Assembly: GCA_964573245.1 (NCBI GenBank)
Contig: CAZNJA010000047.1
Coordinates: forward strand, 1-10,586
Origin: an uncultured bacterium
GTDB taxonomy: Bacteria > CAIJMQ01
DNA length: 10,586 nucleotides
Direction of reading: 5' to 3'
A program made the translations under genes and the position numbers. The notes beneath the pieces were generated by a model. The model saw nothing but the letters and a program-made list of their open reading frames with translations, did no database searches and was not told the origin of the DNA. Positions 1 through 7,221 of the stretch are shown here, piece by piece (the first letter of the stretch is position 1; every line of letters starts with the position of its first letter).

Positions 1-944
1 AACTTTAAGGAATAAAGAAGAGTGTTTTTTATCTCCTTTATTTTTTCGTCAACGGCATGCGAAGCCAAAGTTGGAAAAACCGCTTGGGCTATTGATATCC
101 CAAAAATAGCAAGTGGAAACTGAATTAATCTATTGCTATACCAAAGAGCCGAAATACCTCCCGCAGGTAAAGTGGAAGCAAAAATTTTATCTATCAATAA
201 ATTTATTTGTACAATCCCAACCGCCAAAAGCGCAGGCCCCATAAGTTTAAACATTTTTCTTATTGCCGGAGAATGCCAATCAATCTGCAAGGAATACCTG
301 AATTCTCTTTTAGCAAGCACAGGAAGTTGTACAACCATATGCAAAAAACCTCCCACTACAACACCCCAGGAGAGAGGTGTAATGTAACCTGCCAATTTTT
401 CCCTAAATATCAGTGCTACGGATATAACAGAAAGGTTAAAAAAAAGTGGAGCAAAAGAAGGAACAAAGAAATGCCCCATTGAATTAAGCATAGCCATAAA
501 TATTGCCTGCAGACAGATAAATATTACAAATGGAAACATTATTCTTAAATTCGTTACTGCGATTTCTTTGGAAGCAGGAGGAAAACCAAAGGCTATGAAT
601 TTAATAATAAGGGGAGCTAATGCTATACCCGTAAAGGTTAAAATTACAAGCAAAATAAAAGTTATGTTTAGGGTAGAAGAAGCCATCTTCCATGCACTAT
701 CTCTACCCTGCTTCTTATAACTTTCAGAAAATAATGGTATAAATGCTGAAGACAGAGCTCCTTCTCCAAAGAACCGTCTTGCAAAATTAGGAATTGCCAG
801 AACTAAAAAAAAGATGTCTCGCAAACTATCTGTTAAGAAATATGCAATAAGAGAATCTCTCAATAATCCAAATATTCTTGAGATAGCTATCCCAAAAGAA
901 ACAATCCCTGCTTTTCGGCTGATGTTATTGGAAGTGTTTTTCAT
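1..944 (-). CDS. murJ: Lipid II flippase MurJ (MviN), 5' part; runs off the left edge
   Basis: Manual minus-strand translation from ATG at 944 gives MKNTSNNISRKAGIVSFGIAISRIFGLLRDSLIAYF..., LAIPNFARRFFGEGALSSAFIPLF and WYSNRLIQFPLAIFGISIAQAVFPTLA, all hallmark MurJ motifs. Not in the ORF track, presumably because the ORF is open at the window edge. Confidence 0.95.
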   Translation of the reverse strand, partial: MKNTSNNISRKAGIVSFGIAISRIFGLLRDSLIAYFLTDSLRDIFFLVLAIPNFARRFFGEGALSSAFIPLFSESYKKQGRDSAWKMASSTLNITFILLVILTFTGIALAPLIIKFIAFGFPPASKEIAVTNLRIMFPFVIFICLQAIFMAMLNSMGHFFVPSFAPLFFNLSVISVALIFREKLAGYITPLSWGVVVGGFLHMVVQLPVLAKREFRYSLQIDWHSPAIRKMFKLMGPALLAVGIVQINLLIDKIFASTLPAGGISALWYSNRLIQFPLAIFGISIAQAVFPTLASHAVDEKIKEIKNTLLYSLK

Positions 945-965
945 TGTTTTATACTTAGACAAGTT

Positions 966-994
966 ATGCTAACATATCTGTTATTCTGTCTCAA
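966..994 (-). promoter_or_regulatory. Putative sigma70 promoter for murJ
   Basis: Minus strand TTGAGA (994-989), 17-nt spacer, TAGCAT (971-966), preceded by TG (extended -10), about 20 nt upstream of the ATG. Confidence 0.5.
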
Positions 995-1013
995 TATATC
1001 ATATATACAGAAA

Positions 1014-1041
1014 TTGTCTTTAAAAAGGTTTATGGTAAAAT
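1014..1041 (+). promoter_or_regulatory. Putative sigma70 promoter for the mtnA run
   Basis: TTGTCT (1014-1019), 16-nt spacer, TAAAAT (1036-1041) with a TGn extended -10. GGAG RBS at 1050-1053. Confidence 0.6.
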
Positions 1042-1062
1042 AGGACCTCGGAGTAATTAAAA

Positions 1063-2097
1063 ATGTCTTTTACGCCCATAGAATGGCACAATAATAAAGT
1101 CAAATTAATCGATCAAACTTCCCTACCCGACAAGCTTAATTACATCTATGTCGAAACAGCCGAAGAAATGTTCGATGCAATTAAAAGTCTTAAAATAAGA
1201 GGCGCGCCCGCTATAGGCATAGCTGCGGCTTTCGGATTATATCTGGGAATAAAGAATTATAAAACAACAAGTTTTAAACGGTTAGAAAAAAAAGTAAATG
1301 AAACTATAAAACATTTAAGCAATTGTAGGCCCACTGGACATAACTTATTTTTGGCTCTTGCGAGAATAAAAGATAAAGTCGAGCAGTTGAGAAAGTATCC
1401 AATAGAAAGTATAAAAGGCGCCGTTTTGGAAGAAGCTATTAAGATGCAAATGGAAGACAATAAAACTTGTCACTCCATCGGGGAAAAAGGCACAAGTCTT
1501 ATAAAAGACGGTGATACTGTCCTTACTCACTGCAATGCCGGCGGGCTTGCCACATCCGGCTACGGAACAGCATTGGCGGTAATATTTAAAGCAAAAGAAC
1601 AAGGCAAAAAAATAAAAGTATATGTTGATGAAACAAGGCCGCTATTGCAAGGCGCAAGACTCACATGTTGGGAATTGCTGCAAGAAAAAATCGATACTAC
1701 TCTTATATGTGACAGTATGGCAGGAGAGGTAATGAAAGAAGGAAAAATCAACAAAGTTATTGTAGGAGCTGACAGAATAGCGTTAAATGGAGACATTGCT
1801 AATAAAATAGGAACATATTCATTGGCTGTTTTGGCAAGTTTTCATAATATCCCTTTCTATGTCGCCGCACCCACATCGACATTTGACCCAAAAATAAGAA
1901 AGGGGGAAGATATCCCCATAGAGCAAAGAGAGCCCGAAGAAATAGAAAATTTTGCAGGTAAAAGAATCGCGCCTAAAGGTGTTAAAGTTTATAATCCTGC
2001 TTTTGACGTCGTGCCAAATTCGCTAATCACGTGTATAATCACAGAAAAGAAATTAATTTATCCTTCTTATAGAAAAAATATAAAGAAGGTTTTATAA
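1063..2097 (+). CDS. mtnA: S-methyl-5-thioribose-1-phosphate isomerase
   Basis: Motifs IDQT, IRGAPAIG, RPT, THCNAGGLAT, DETRPLLQGARLT, GADRI, NKIGTY and NPAFDV; 344 aa is the typical size. Confidence 0.95.
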   Translation: MSFTPIEWHNNKVKLIDQTSLPDKLNYIYVETAEEMFDAIKSLKIRGAPAIGIAAAFGLYLGIKNYKTTSFKRLEKKVNETIKHLSNCRPTGHNLFLALARIKDKVEQLRKYPIESIKGAVLEEAIKMQMEDNKTCHSIGEKGTSLIKDGDTVLTHCNAGGLATSGYGTALAVIFKAKEQGKKIKVYVDETRPLLQGARLTCWELLQEKIDTTLICDSMAGEVMKEGKINKVIVGADRIALNGDIANKIGTYSLAVLASFHNIPFYVAAPTSTFDPKIRKGEDIPIEQREPEEIENFAGKRIAPKGVKVYNPAFDVVPNSLITCIITEKKLIYPSYRKNIKKVL

Positions 2098-2103
2098 TAA
2101 AAA

Positions 2104-2664
2104 ATGATTACACAGATTATTAAAAGATTACACAGATTAAAAAGAGTCTTAAATTCTAATGTAGGATTTACTCTTACCGAATTATTATTAGTAACCTCTA
2201 TCTTGGGAACAATATCTCCCGCCGCATATATCGGCGTAAAAAACAAAGCATACGAAATCAGCTGCGCGAATAACTTAAAACAAATCGGTTTGGCGCTTCA
2301 GATGTTCGAAATCGAGCAAGGCAGGCTTCCAAACGCAAAATTTTTCCCGAAAGACCCCAATACCGACCCGAGAAGCATTAAAGTCATTCTTGGAAATTAT
2401 GGAATGCCGAATGAAATATTTATTTGCCCAACTGCACCTCAACAACTAAAAGATTTGGGGTTAACTTATTTGTGGAACGACAAGACAAACGGAAAAACTT
2501 TATTTTCCATTCAAAATCGTTCAAGAACGTGGTTGATGGTAGATATGACTGCTGCCTACGAAAAAGCAGAATCTCACAGAGGAGGATACAATATTCTTTA
2601 TGCGGACTTTCATGTCGGCTGGAGTCAAAAACCTCCCCTTAAACCTGAAACTATAAGGAAATAA
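2104..2664 (+). CDS. Prepilin-type N-terminal cleavage/methylation protein with a DUF1559-like segment and an H-X9-DG-like C-terminus
   Basis: Basic leader, then G|FTLTE plus a hydrophobic stretch; CANNLKQIGLA; FICP; C-terminal HRGGYNILYADFHV. Confidence 0.8.
   Translation: MITQIIKRLHRLKRVLNSNVGFTLTELLLVTSILGTISPAAYIGVKNKAYEISCANNLKQIGLALQMFEIEQGRLPNAKFFPKDPNTDPRSIKVILGNYGMPNEIFICPTAPQQLKDLGLTYLWNDKTNGKTLFSIQNRSRTWLMVDMTAAYEKAESHRGGYNILYADFHVGWSQKPPLKPETIRK
2106..2139. repeat. 14-bp direct repeat GATTACACAGATTA x2
   Basis: Exact copies at 2106-2119 and 2126-2139. Confidence 0.8.
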
Positions 2665-2665
2665 A

Positions 2666-3964
2666 ATGCTCGAGAGATACACACTTAAACAGATGGGCAG
2701 TATATGGAACGAAAAAAACAGATATTCTAAATGGCTGGAAGTGGAGATCGCTGCCTGCAAAGGAATGCAGAAACAAGGGCTTATTCCCAAAAAGGCTGTT
2801 GAAACAATACAAAAGAAAGCGAAGATAAACCTTGACCAAATTCACGCTTTTGAAAAGATAAACAATCACGAAGTCATCGCTTTCTTGGATTCCCTGTCAG
2901 AAATAGTAGGTAATGACGCAAAATACATCCATTTAGGATTGACATCTTCCGATATCATGGATACAGGCTTGGCATTACAGATTAAAGATGCCTCCCAAAT
3001 AATACTCAAAGATATAAATGCTCTAATCAAAACATTAAAAAAACAGGCACTAAAACATAAAAACACTGTAATGATAGGCAGAACTCACGGTATTCATGCC
3101 CAGCCGACTACTCTCGGCTTAAAGTTTGCGCTGTGGTGGGAGGAAATGAAAAGAAATAGGGAAAGATTTCAAAAGGCTGTTGAAACAATAAGTTTCGGGA
3201 AAATATCAGGCGCAGTCGGTACATATACTCACACGTCACCGGAGTTGGAAGAAATAACTTTAAAAAAATTAGGGCTTAAACCAGAACCATTATCAACACA
3301 AGTAGTCCAAAGGGACCGTCATGCTGAATATCTCCTTTCATTGGCAATATTAGCATCATCAATTGAAAAATTTGCCTTGGAGATAAGACACCTCCAAAGG
3401 ACAGAAGTAAGAGAACTACAGGAACCTTTCACCAGCACACAAAAAGGCTCATCGGCAATGCCGCACAAACGTAACCCTATCATTTGCGAAAGAATATGCG
3501 GATTGGCAAGAATAATAAAAGCAAATGGGTTAATATCACTGGAAAATGTACCGCTGTGGCACGAACGAGACATCTCACATTCTTCAGTGGAAAGGGTCAT
3601 AATACCCGACTCCTGCATACTTGCGGACTATATCCTGCAAAAATTCACCGCGATAGCGGATAAATTGGTAGTATTTCCGGGTAGAATGAAACAAAATCTA
3701 AATTTGACTAAAGGAATCATATTTTCCCAAAAGTTACTTACAGAATTGGTAAACAAAGGAATGAATAGAAAAAAAGCTTATGACCTTGTGCAGAAATACT
3801 CTCTAAAAAGTTACGATACCAATACGGATTTCAAATCTCTTATTTCTAAAGACAGAGGAATAAAAAAACTTTTGAGTGAAAAAGAAATCAAAGCGTGTTT
3901 TGATTTTTCATCGCTTCTGAAGAATGTAGATAAAATATTTAAAAGATTGAAAATTGCAACATAA
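2666..3964 (+). CDS. purB: Adenylosuccinate lyase
   Basis: MLERY start, HLGLTSSD, GRTHGIHAQP, GSSAMPHKRNP fumarase/ASL signature, WHERDISHSSVER; 432 aa. Confidence 0.97.
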   Translation: MLERYTLKQMGSIWNEKNRYSKWLEVEIAACKGMQKQGLIPKKAVETIQKKAKINLDQIHAFEKINNHEVIAFLDSLSEIVGNDAKYIHLGLTSSDIMDTGLALQIKDASQIILKDINALIKTLKKQALKHKNTVMIGRTHGIHAQPTTLGLKFALWWEEMKRNRERFQKAVETISFGKISGAVGTYTHTSPELEEITLKKLGLKPEPLSTQVVQRDRHAEYLLSLAILASSIEKFALEIRHLQRTEVRELQEPFTSTQKGSSAMPHKRNPIICERICGLARIIKANGLISLENVPLWHERDISHSSVERVIIPDSCILADYILQKFTAIADKLVVFPGRMKQNLNLTKGIIFSQKLLTELVNKGMNRKKAYDLVQKYSLKSYDTNTDFKSLISKDRGIKKLLSEKEIKACFDFSSLLKNVDKIFKRLKIAT

Positions 3965-3979
3965 TTTACATAATTAGGA

Positions 3980-4021
3980 ACCTTTAATTAACCTATGTTA
4001 ACCAATATTAACCTCTATTAA
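3980..4021. repeat. Degenerate 10-bp tandem repeat, about 4 units
   Basis: ACCTTTAATTA / ACCTATGTTA / ACCAATATTA / ACCTCTATTA in the purB-UDG spacer. Confidence 0.7.
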
Positions 4022-4034
4022 TTTTTCGGGAAGA

Positions 4035-4733
4035 ATGGAACCTAAAAATCAGAAAACTGTTCTCTTAGAAACTATTGCCAAAGAAATCAGAACCTGTTCT
4101 AAATGCCATTTGTGCCGCACCAAGACGAACGCAGTCCCAGGAGATGGAAATATAGATTCGGGTATTATGTTTATAGGTGAAGCACCCGGTTACCACGAAG
4201 ACGTTCAAGGCAAGCCTTTTGTAGGACAAGCAGGCAAAGTTTTGGATAACCTTCTAAGAGAAATAGGGCTTGAACGAAGAAATGTTTTCATAACAAACAT
4301 AGTAAAATGCAGGCCCCCGGGAAACCGCGACCCGCAACCGGAAGAAATAAATACTTGCATACTCTATCTGCTCGAACAAATAAAAATCATAAAACCAAAA
4401 GTTATATGTACACTTGGCAGATTCTCATTTGCAGAAATAATGCAGAGAAAAGTATTTATAAGTTCCGAACACGGCAAGCCGTTTAAGACAGGTCCAGAAA
4501 ATAGAATCGGTCCAAGCATCAATGTTTTCCCTCTTTACCATCCTGCTGCAGCGCTGCACCAACCCAGTTTAATGGATGCATTAGAAGAGGATTTCAAAAA
4601 ACTACATGAATTTTGGACTTCTCCCCCACCCCAAGAAGAAGTCCAAAAGGTAAAAGAAAACCCACTCGCATATTTATATAACAATAAAAAAGAGCCAACA
4701 CAAAAAAAAGAAAAACAATTAGGCCTTTTTTAA
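4035..4733 (+). CDS. Uracil-DNA glycosylase, family 4 ([4Fe-4S]), with a C-terminal extension
   Basis: CSKCHLC, GEAPG motif A, PFVG, KCRPPGNRDP, YHPAAALH motif B. Confidence 0.93.
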   Translation: MEPKNQKTVLLETIAKEIRTCSKCHLCRTKTNAVPGDGNIDSGIMFIGEAPGYHEDVQGKPFVGQAGKVLDNLLREIGLERRNVFITNIVKCRPPGNRDPQPEEINTCILYLLEQIKIIKPKVICTLGRFSFAEIMQRKVFISSEHGKPFKTGPENRIGPSINVFPLYHPAAALHQPSLMDALEEDFKKLHEFWTSPPPQEEVQKVKENPLAYLYNNKKEPTQKKEKQLGLF

Positions 4734-4838
4734 TAATGAAACTGCCCAAAATATCCATCGAGCAATTCTGGAATTCCCTCAAGCAAAAGCTCTTAAATTA
4801 AGATATAATAAATTTACATTTTAGAATAAAATGTAAGG

Positions 4839-4917
4839 GATGCTAGACACTAGATACTCGCAAAAACAATAAAGAGATTTTATTAACTAGAATCTAGTAT
4901 CCAGAATCTAGAATCGA
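4839..4917. repeat. Self-inverted heptamer array, copy 1 (upstream of the tRNA)
   Basis: GATGCTA GACACTA GATACTC (4839-4859), AT-rich spacer, then the reverse-complement units TAGAATC TAGTATC CAGAATC TAGAATC (4888-4915). Confidence 0.85.
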
Positions 4918-4934
4918 TTTGTTTCTTTTATATC

Positions 4935-5010
4935 GCCGGGATAGCTCAGTTGGTAGAGCAGGGCATTCGTAATGCTCAGGTCACCAGTTCGAATCTGGTT
5001 CCCGGCTCCA
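4935..5010 (+). tRNA. tRNA-Thr (anticodon CGT)
   Basis: 76 nt. Acceptor stem GCCGGGA/TCCCGGC, D arm TAGCTCAGTTGGTAGAGC, anticodon arm GGGCA-TTCGTAA-TGCTC, T arm ACCAG-TTCGAAT-CTGGT, encoded CCA. Confidence 0.96.
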
Positions 5011-5029
5011 AGCTGGAAATAAAAAAACG

Positions 5030-5104
5030 GATACTAGATGCTTGATACCAGATACTCGTAGAATTTTTTTTAACTAGCATCCAGAATCTAGTATCGAGAA
5101 TCGA
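5030..5104. repeat. Self-inverted heptamer array, copy 2 (downstream of the tRNA)
   Basis: GATACTA GATGCTT GATACCA GATACTC (5030-5057), spacer, then TAGCATC CAGAATC TAGTATC GAGAATC (5075-5102). Confidence 0.85.
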
Positions 5105-5129
5105 GTAATTCCGAACAAAGTGAGGAGAT

Positions 5130-6371
5130 ATGCCCGCAGAAATTATCAATGTAGGGGATGAGCTTCTTAACGGTGAAACAATAAACACAAATGCTGCTTA
5201 TTTAGCTGCAAAATTGCAGGAATTCGGCATAGAACTTAATTACCAAACATCTATAGGTGATGACTCTATAAGACTAAAGAAAGTTCTAAAAAGAGCGCTT
5301 TCCCGCTCGTCTGTCATAATTATCACTGGCGGCTTGGGTCCCACCAAAGACGATATTACCAAAAAAGTCGTAGCCGACGTTTTGGGCAAACAACTAGTAT
5401 CACACGAACCCACTCTTTCCAAAATTCGCAACAAACTAAAAGATTTGACATCTTCGATAAGCAAAACCAATGAAAAGATAGCGTTATATCCTGAAGGAGC
5501 GCAAATCCTGGATAATCCAATCGGCACCGCTCCCGGAATAATAATATCCGAAAACAACAAAAACGTAATTCTTCTGCCAGGTGTCCCCGACGAATTAAAA
5601 GCTGTTACAGAAAAAAATATGCTCTCATTTTTTGCCGAAAACAGAGAAAAAAATCATGTAATCAAACATCAAATCCTAAAAGTATGGGGAATTCCCGAAG
5701 CAAAAGTCGGCGAAATTCTTGAAGACATTATGGGAGAAAACAAAAACCCCCTTGTGGGCCTTCGCGCAAACGTGGAAGAAGGAATCAAAGTAAGCATTAC
5801 CGCAAGAGGCGGCTCTGGGGTGATTGCACAAAAACTTGTAGAAGATATGGAAACTACCGTTAAAAATAAATTAGGCGACAACATATACGCTACAGGAGAA
5901 ACATCCATGGAAAAAGTCGTAGGAATACTTCTAACTTTAAATAAAAAAACCATAGCAGTAGCCGAATCAATAACAGGCGGGCTAATTTCAAAAAAAATAA
6001 CGGATGTCCCGGGAAGTTCTAACTATTTTCTATCCGGTATAATAACTTACTCCAATGAGTCCAAAATCAAAGATTTAAAAATACCGGAAGAGTTAATCAA
6101 AGAACATGGAGCAGTCAGTGAACAGGTTGCGAAAGCAATGGCGCTTGCAATAAAAAACTCCTCATCCGCTAACATAGGGCTCTCTACTACGGGCATTGCG
6201 GGACCTTCAGGAGGAACACATAACAAATCTTTAGGACTTGTGTATGTCGGGTTTGCCACCGAAGAAGAAATCAAAGTGGAAGAATACCAATTTTCAGGAA
6301 CGCGTTCCATGATAAGAGCCAAAGCCGCCCAAACTGCGCTTGATATGGTGAGAAGACATTTAATAGGATAA
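5130..6371 (+). CDS. cinA: Competence/damage-inducible protein CinA (MoCF-like domain plus C-terminal PncC NMN deamidase domain)
   Basis: VGDELLNG, NTNA, TGGLGPTKDDIT, NPIGTAPG, LPGVP, AESITGG, GAVSEQVA, TGIAGP. GAGGAG RBS. Classic cinA-thpR-recA context. Confidence 0.95.
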   Translation: MPAEIINVGDELLNGETINTNAAYLAAKLQEFGIELNYQTSIGDDSIRLKKVLKRALSRSSVIIITGGLGPTKDDITKKVVADVLGKQLVSHEPTLSKIRNKLKDLTSSISKTNEKIALYPEGAQILDNPIGTAPGIIISENNKNVILLPGVPDELKAVTEKNMLSFFAENREKNHVIKHQILKVWGIPEAKVGEILEDIMGENKNPLVGLRANVEEGIKVSITARGGSGVIAQKLVEDMETTVKNKLGDNIYATGETSMEKVVGILLTLNKKTIAVAESITGGLISKKITDVPGSSNYFLSGIITYSNESKIKDLKIPEELIKEHGAVSEQVAKAMALAIKNSSSANIGLSTTGIAGPSGGTHNKSLGLVYVGFATEEEIKVEEYQFSGTRSMIRAKAAQTALDMVRRHLIG

Positions 6372-6377
6372 AATTTT

Positions 6378-6449
6378 GATTTTAGATATTCGACTTTAGA
6401 CATTGGACATTAGACAAAAATTAAAGTCTCAGGTCTTAAGTCTTTGGTC
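6378..6449. repeat. Self-inverted heptamer array of GACWTTA type
   Basis: GATTTTA GATATTC GACTTTA GACATTG GACATTA GAC (6378-6415), then TAAAGTC TCAGGTC TTAAGTC TTTGGTC (6422-6449). Confidence 0.8.
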
Positions 6450-6460
6450 TATTACTTACT

Positions 6461-7051
6461 ATGCGTTGCTTTATAGCAATTCCTTTACCTGAATATATTC
6501 ATAAACAGCTTGCTCAAATACAATCACAACTAAAAGAAACAGGAGCAGACGTCAAATGGGTAAATAGTGGTAATATCCATTTAACCTTGAAATTTTTGGG
6601 TGAGGTTGAAGAAGCAAAGAGCAAAACGATTTCCGAAGAACTTAAAAAAATCTCCTGTAAACATACCAATTTTAAAACCTGCGCTGGGGAACTTGGAACA
6701 TTTCCTACCCTATCAAATCCGCGTGTAATCTGGATAGGAATAAACAAAAATGAAGATAAAATAATCAAACTGCAAAAAGGGATAGAAGAAGTCTTTCAAT
6801 CACTGGATTTTGAAAAAGAAACGCGTCCGTTCCATCCTCATTTAACACTGGGCAGAGTAAGAGACAAGAAAAATATTCAAAGTCTAATACAAAAAATTAA
6901 ATCCTCTTTATCTTTGCAAGACAATTGTTTTGCCGCGGATAAAATAGTTCTTTTGAAAAGCGCGTTAAAACCTCAAGGCGCGGAATATACTACAATAGAT
7001 GAGTTCAAACTCAAAGTTGACCCCGTTAGAGATTTAAAAAACGCAAAATAG
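6461..7051 (+). CDS. thpR: RNA 2',3'-cyclic phosphodiesterase (LigT/2H family)
   Basis: MRCFIAI start, two 2H motifs (HLTLKFLG and PHLTLGR), PRVIW; lies between cinA and recA. Confidence 0.93.
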   Translation: MRCFIAIPLPEYIHKQLAQIQSQLKETGADVKWVNSGNIHLTLKFLGEVEEAKSKTISEELKKISCKHTNFKTCAGELGTFPTLSNPRVIWIGINKNEDKIIKLQKGIEEVFQSLDFEKETRPFHPHLTLGRVRDKKNIQSLIQKIKSSLSLQDNCFAADKIVLLKSALKPQGAEYTTIDEFKLKVDPVRDLKNAK

Positions 7052-7127
7052 TTCATTACATAGATAAGAAATTATCACGCTCTACAATACTTAACTTACA
7101 CGCAATTTATTAAATCTCTAACGGGGT
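7020..7127. mobile_element. MITE/REP-like palindromic element overlapping the thpR 3' end
   Basis: Perfect 18-bp inverted repeat ACCCCGTTAGAGATTTAA (7020-7037) / TTAAATCTCTAACGGGGT (7110-7127). TTGA direct repeats at 7017-7020 and 7127-7130. Same core as two copies inside proB. Mobility is inferred. Confidence 0.75.
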
Positions 7128-7155
7128 TGAATCTTAGGCAGGAATATGATAGTTT
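7127..7155 (+). promoter_or_regulatory. Possible recA promoter
   Basis: TTGAAT (7127-7132), 17-nt spacer, TAGTTT (7150-7155) preceded by TGn. An alternative -10, TATGAT, lies at 7145-7150. GGAGG RBS at 7211-7215. Confidence 0.4.
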
Positions 7156-7221
7156 GCAACATAAAAATTGATCGCATAACTATTTTATATAAGCGTTCAA
7201 AGTTCTGAAGGGAGGAATAAA

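Noticed and set aside
133-482. Plus-strand ORFs 133-387 and 207-482
   Set aside because: They are antisense shadows of murJ and have no recognisable motifs.
4491-4514. GGTCCA direct repeat (GPENRIGPS) in UDG as another element insertion
   Set aside because: The repeat is only 6 bp with no palindrome, so it could be chance or a minor loop duplication.
4035-4733. UdgX-type covalent UDG
   Set aside because: The KRRIH loop is absent, so this is an ordinary family-4 core.
4839-5104. Repeats as a CRISPR array
   Set aside because: The units are degenerate 7-mers in tandem and inverted orientation. There are no constant 25-40 bp repeats with unique spacers and no cas genes.
4935-5130. tRNA-Thr as an integration site for a prophage or island
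   Set aside because: There is no integrase, no duplicated tRNA 3' end, and housekeeping genes lie on both sides.
7020-7127. Inverted repeat as an intrinsic terminator
   Set aside because: It has a 72-nt loop and no U-tract, and it shares its core with copies inside proB, so a dispersed element explains it better.
7194-7206. GTTCAAAGTTC as a LexA box upstream of recA
   Set aside because: The spacing matches neither GTTC-N7-GTTC nor GAAC-N4-GTTC, and no CTGT-N8-ACAG is present.
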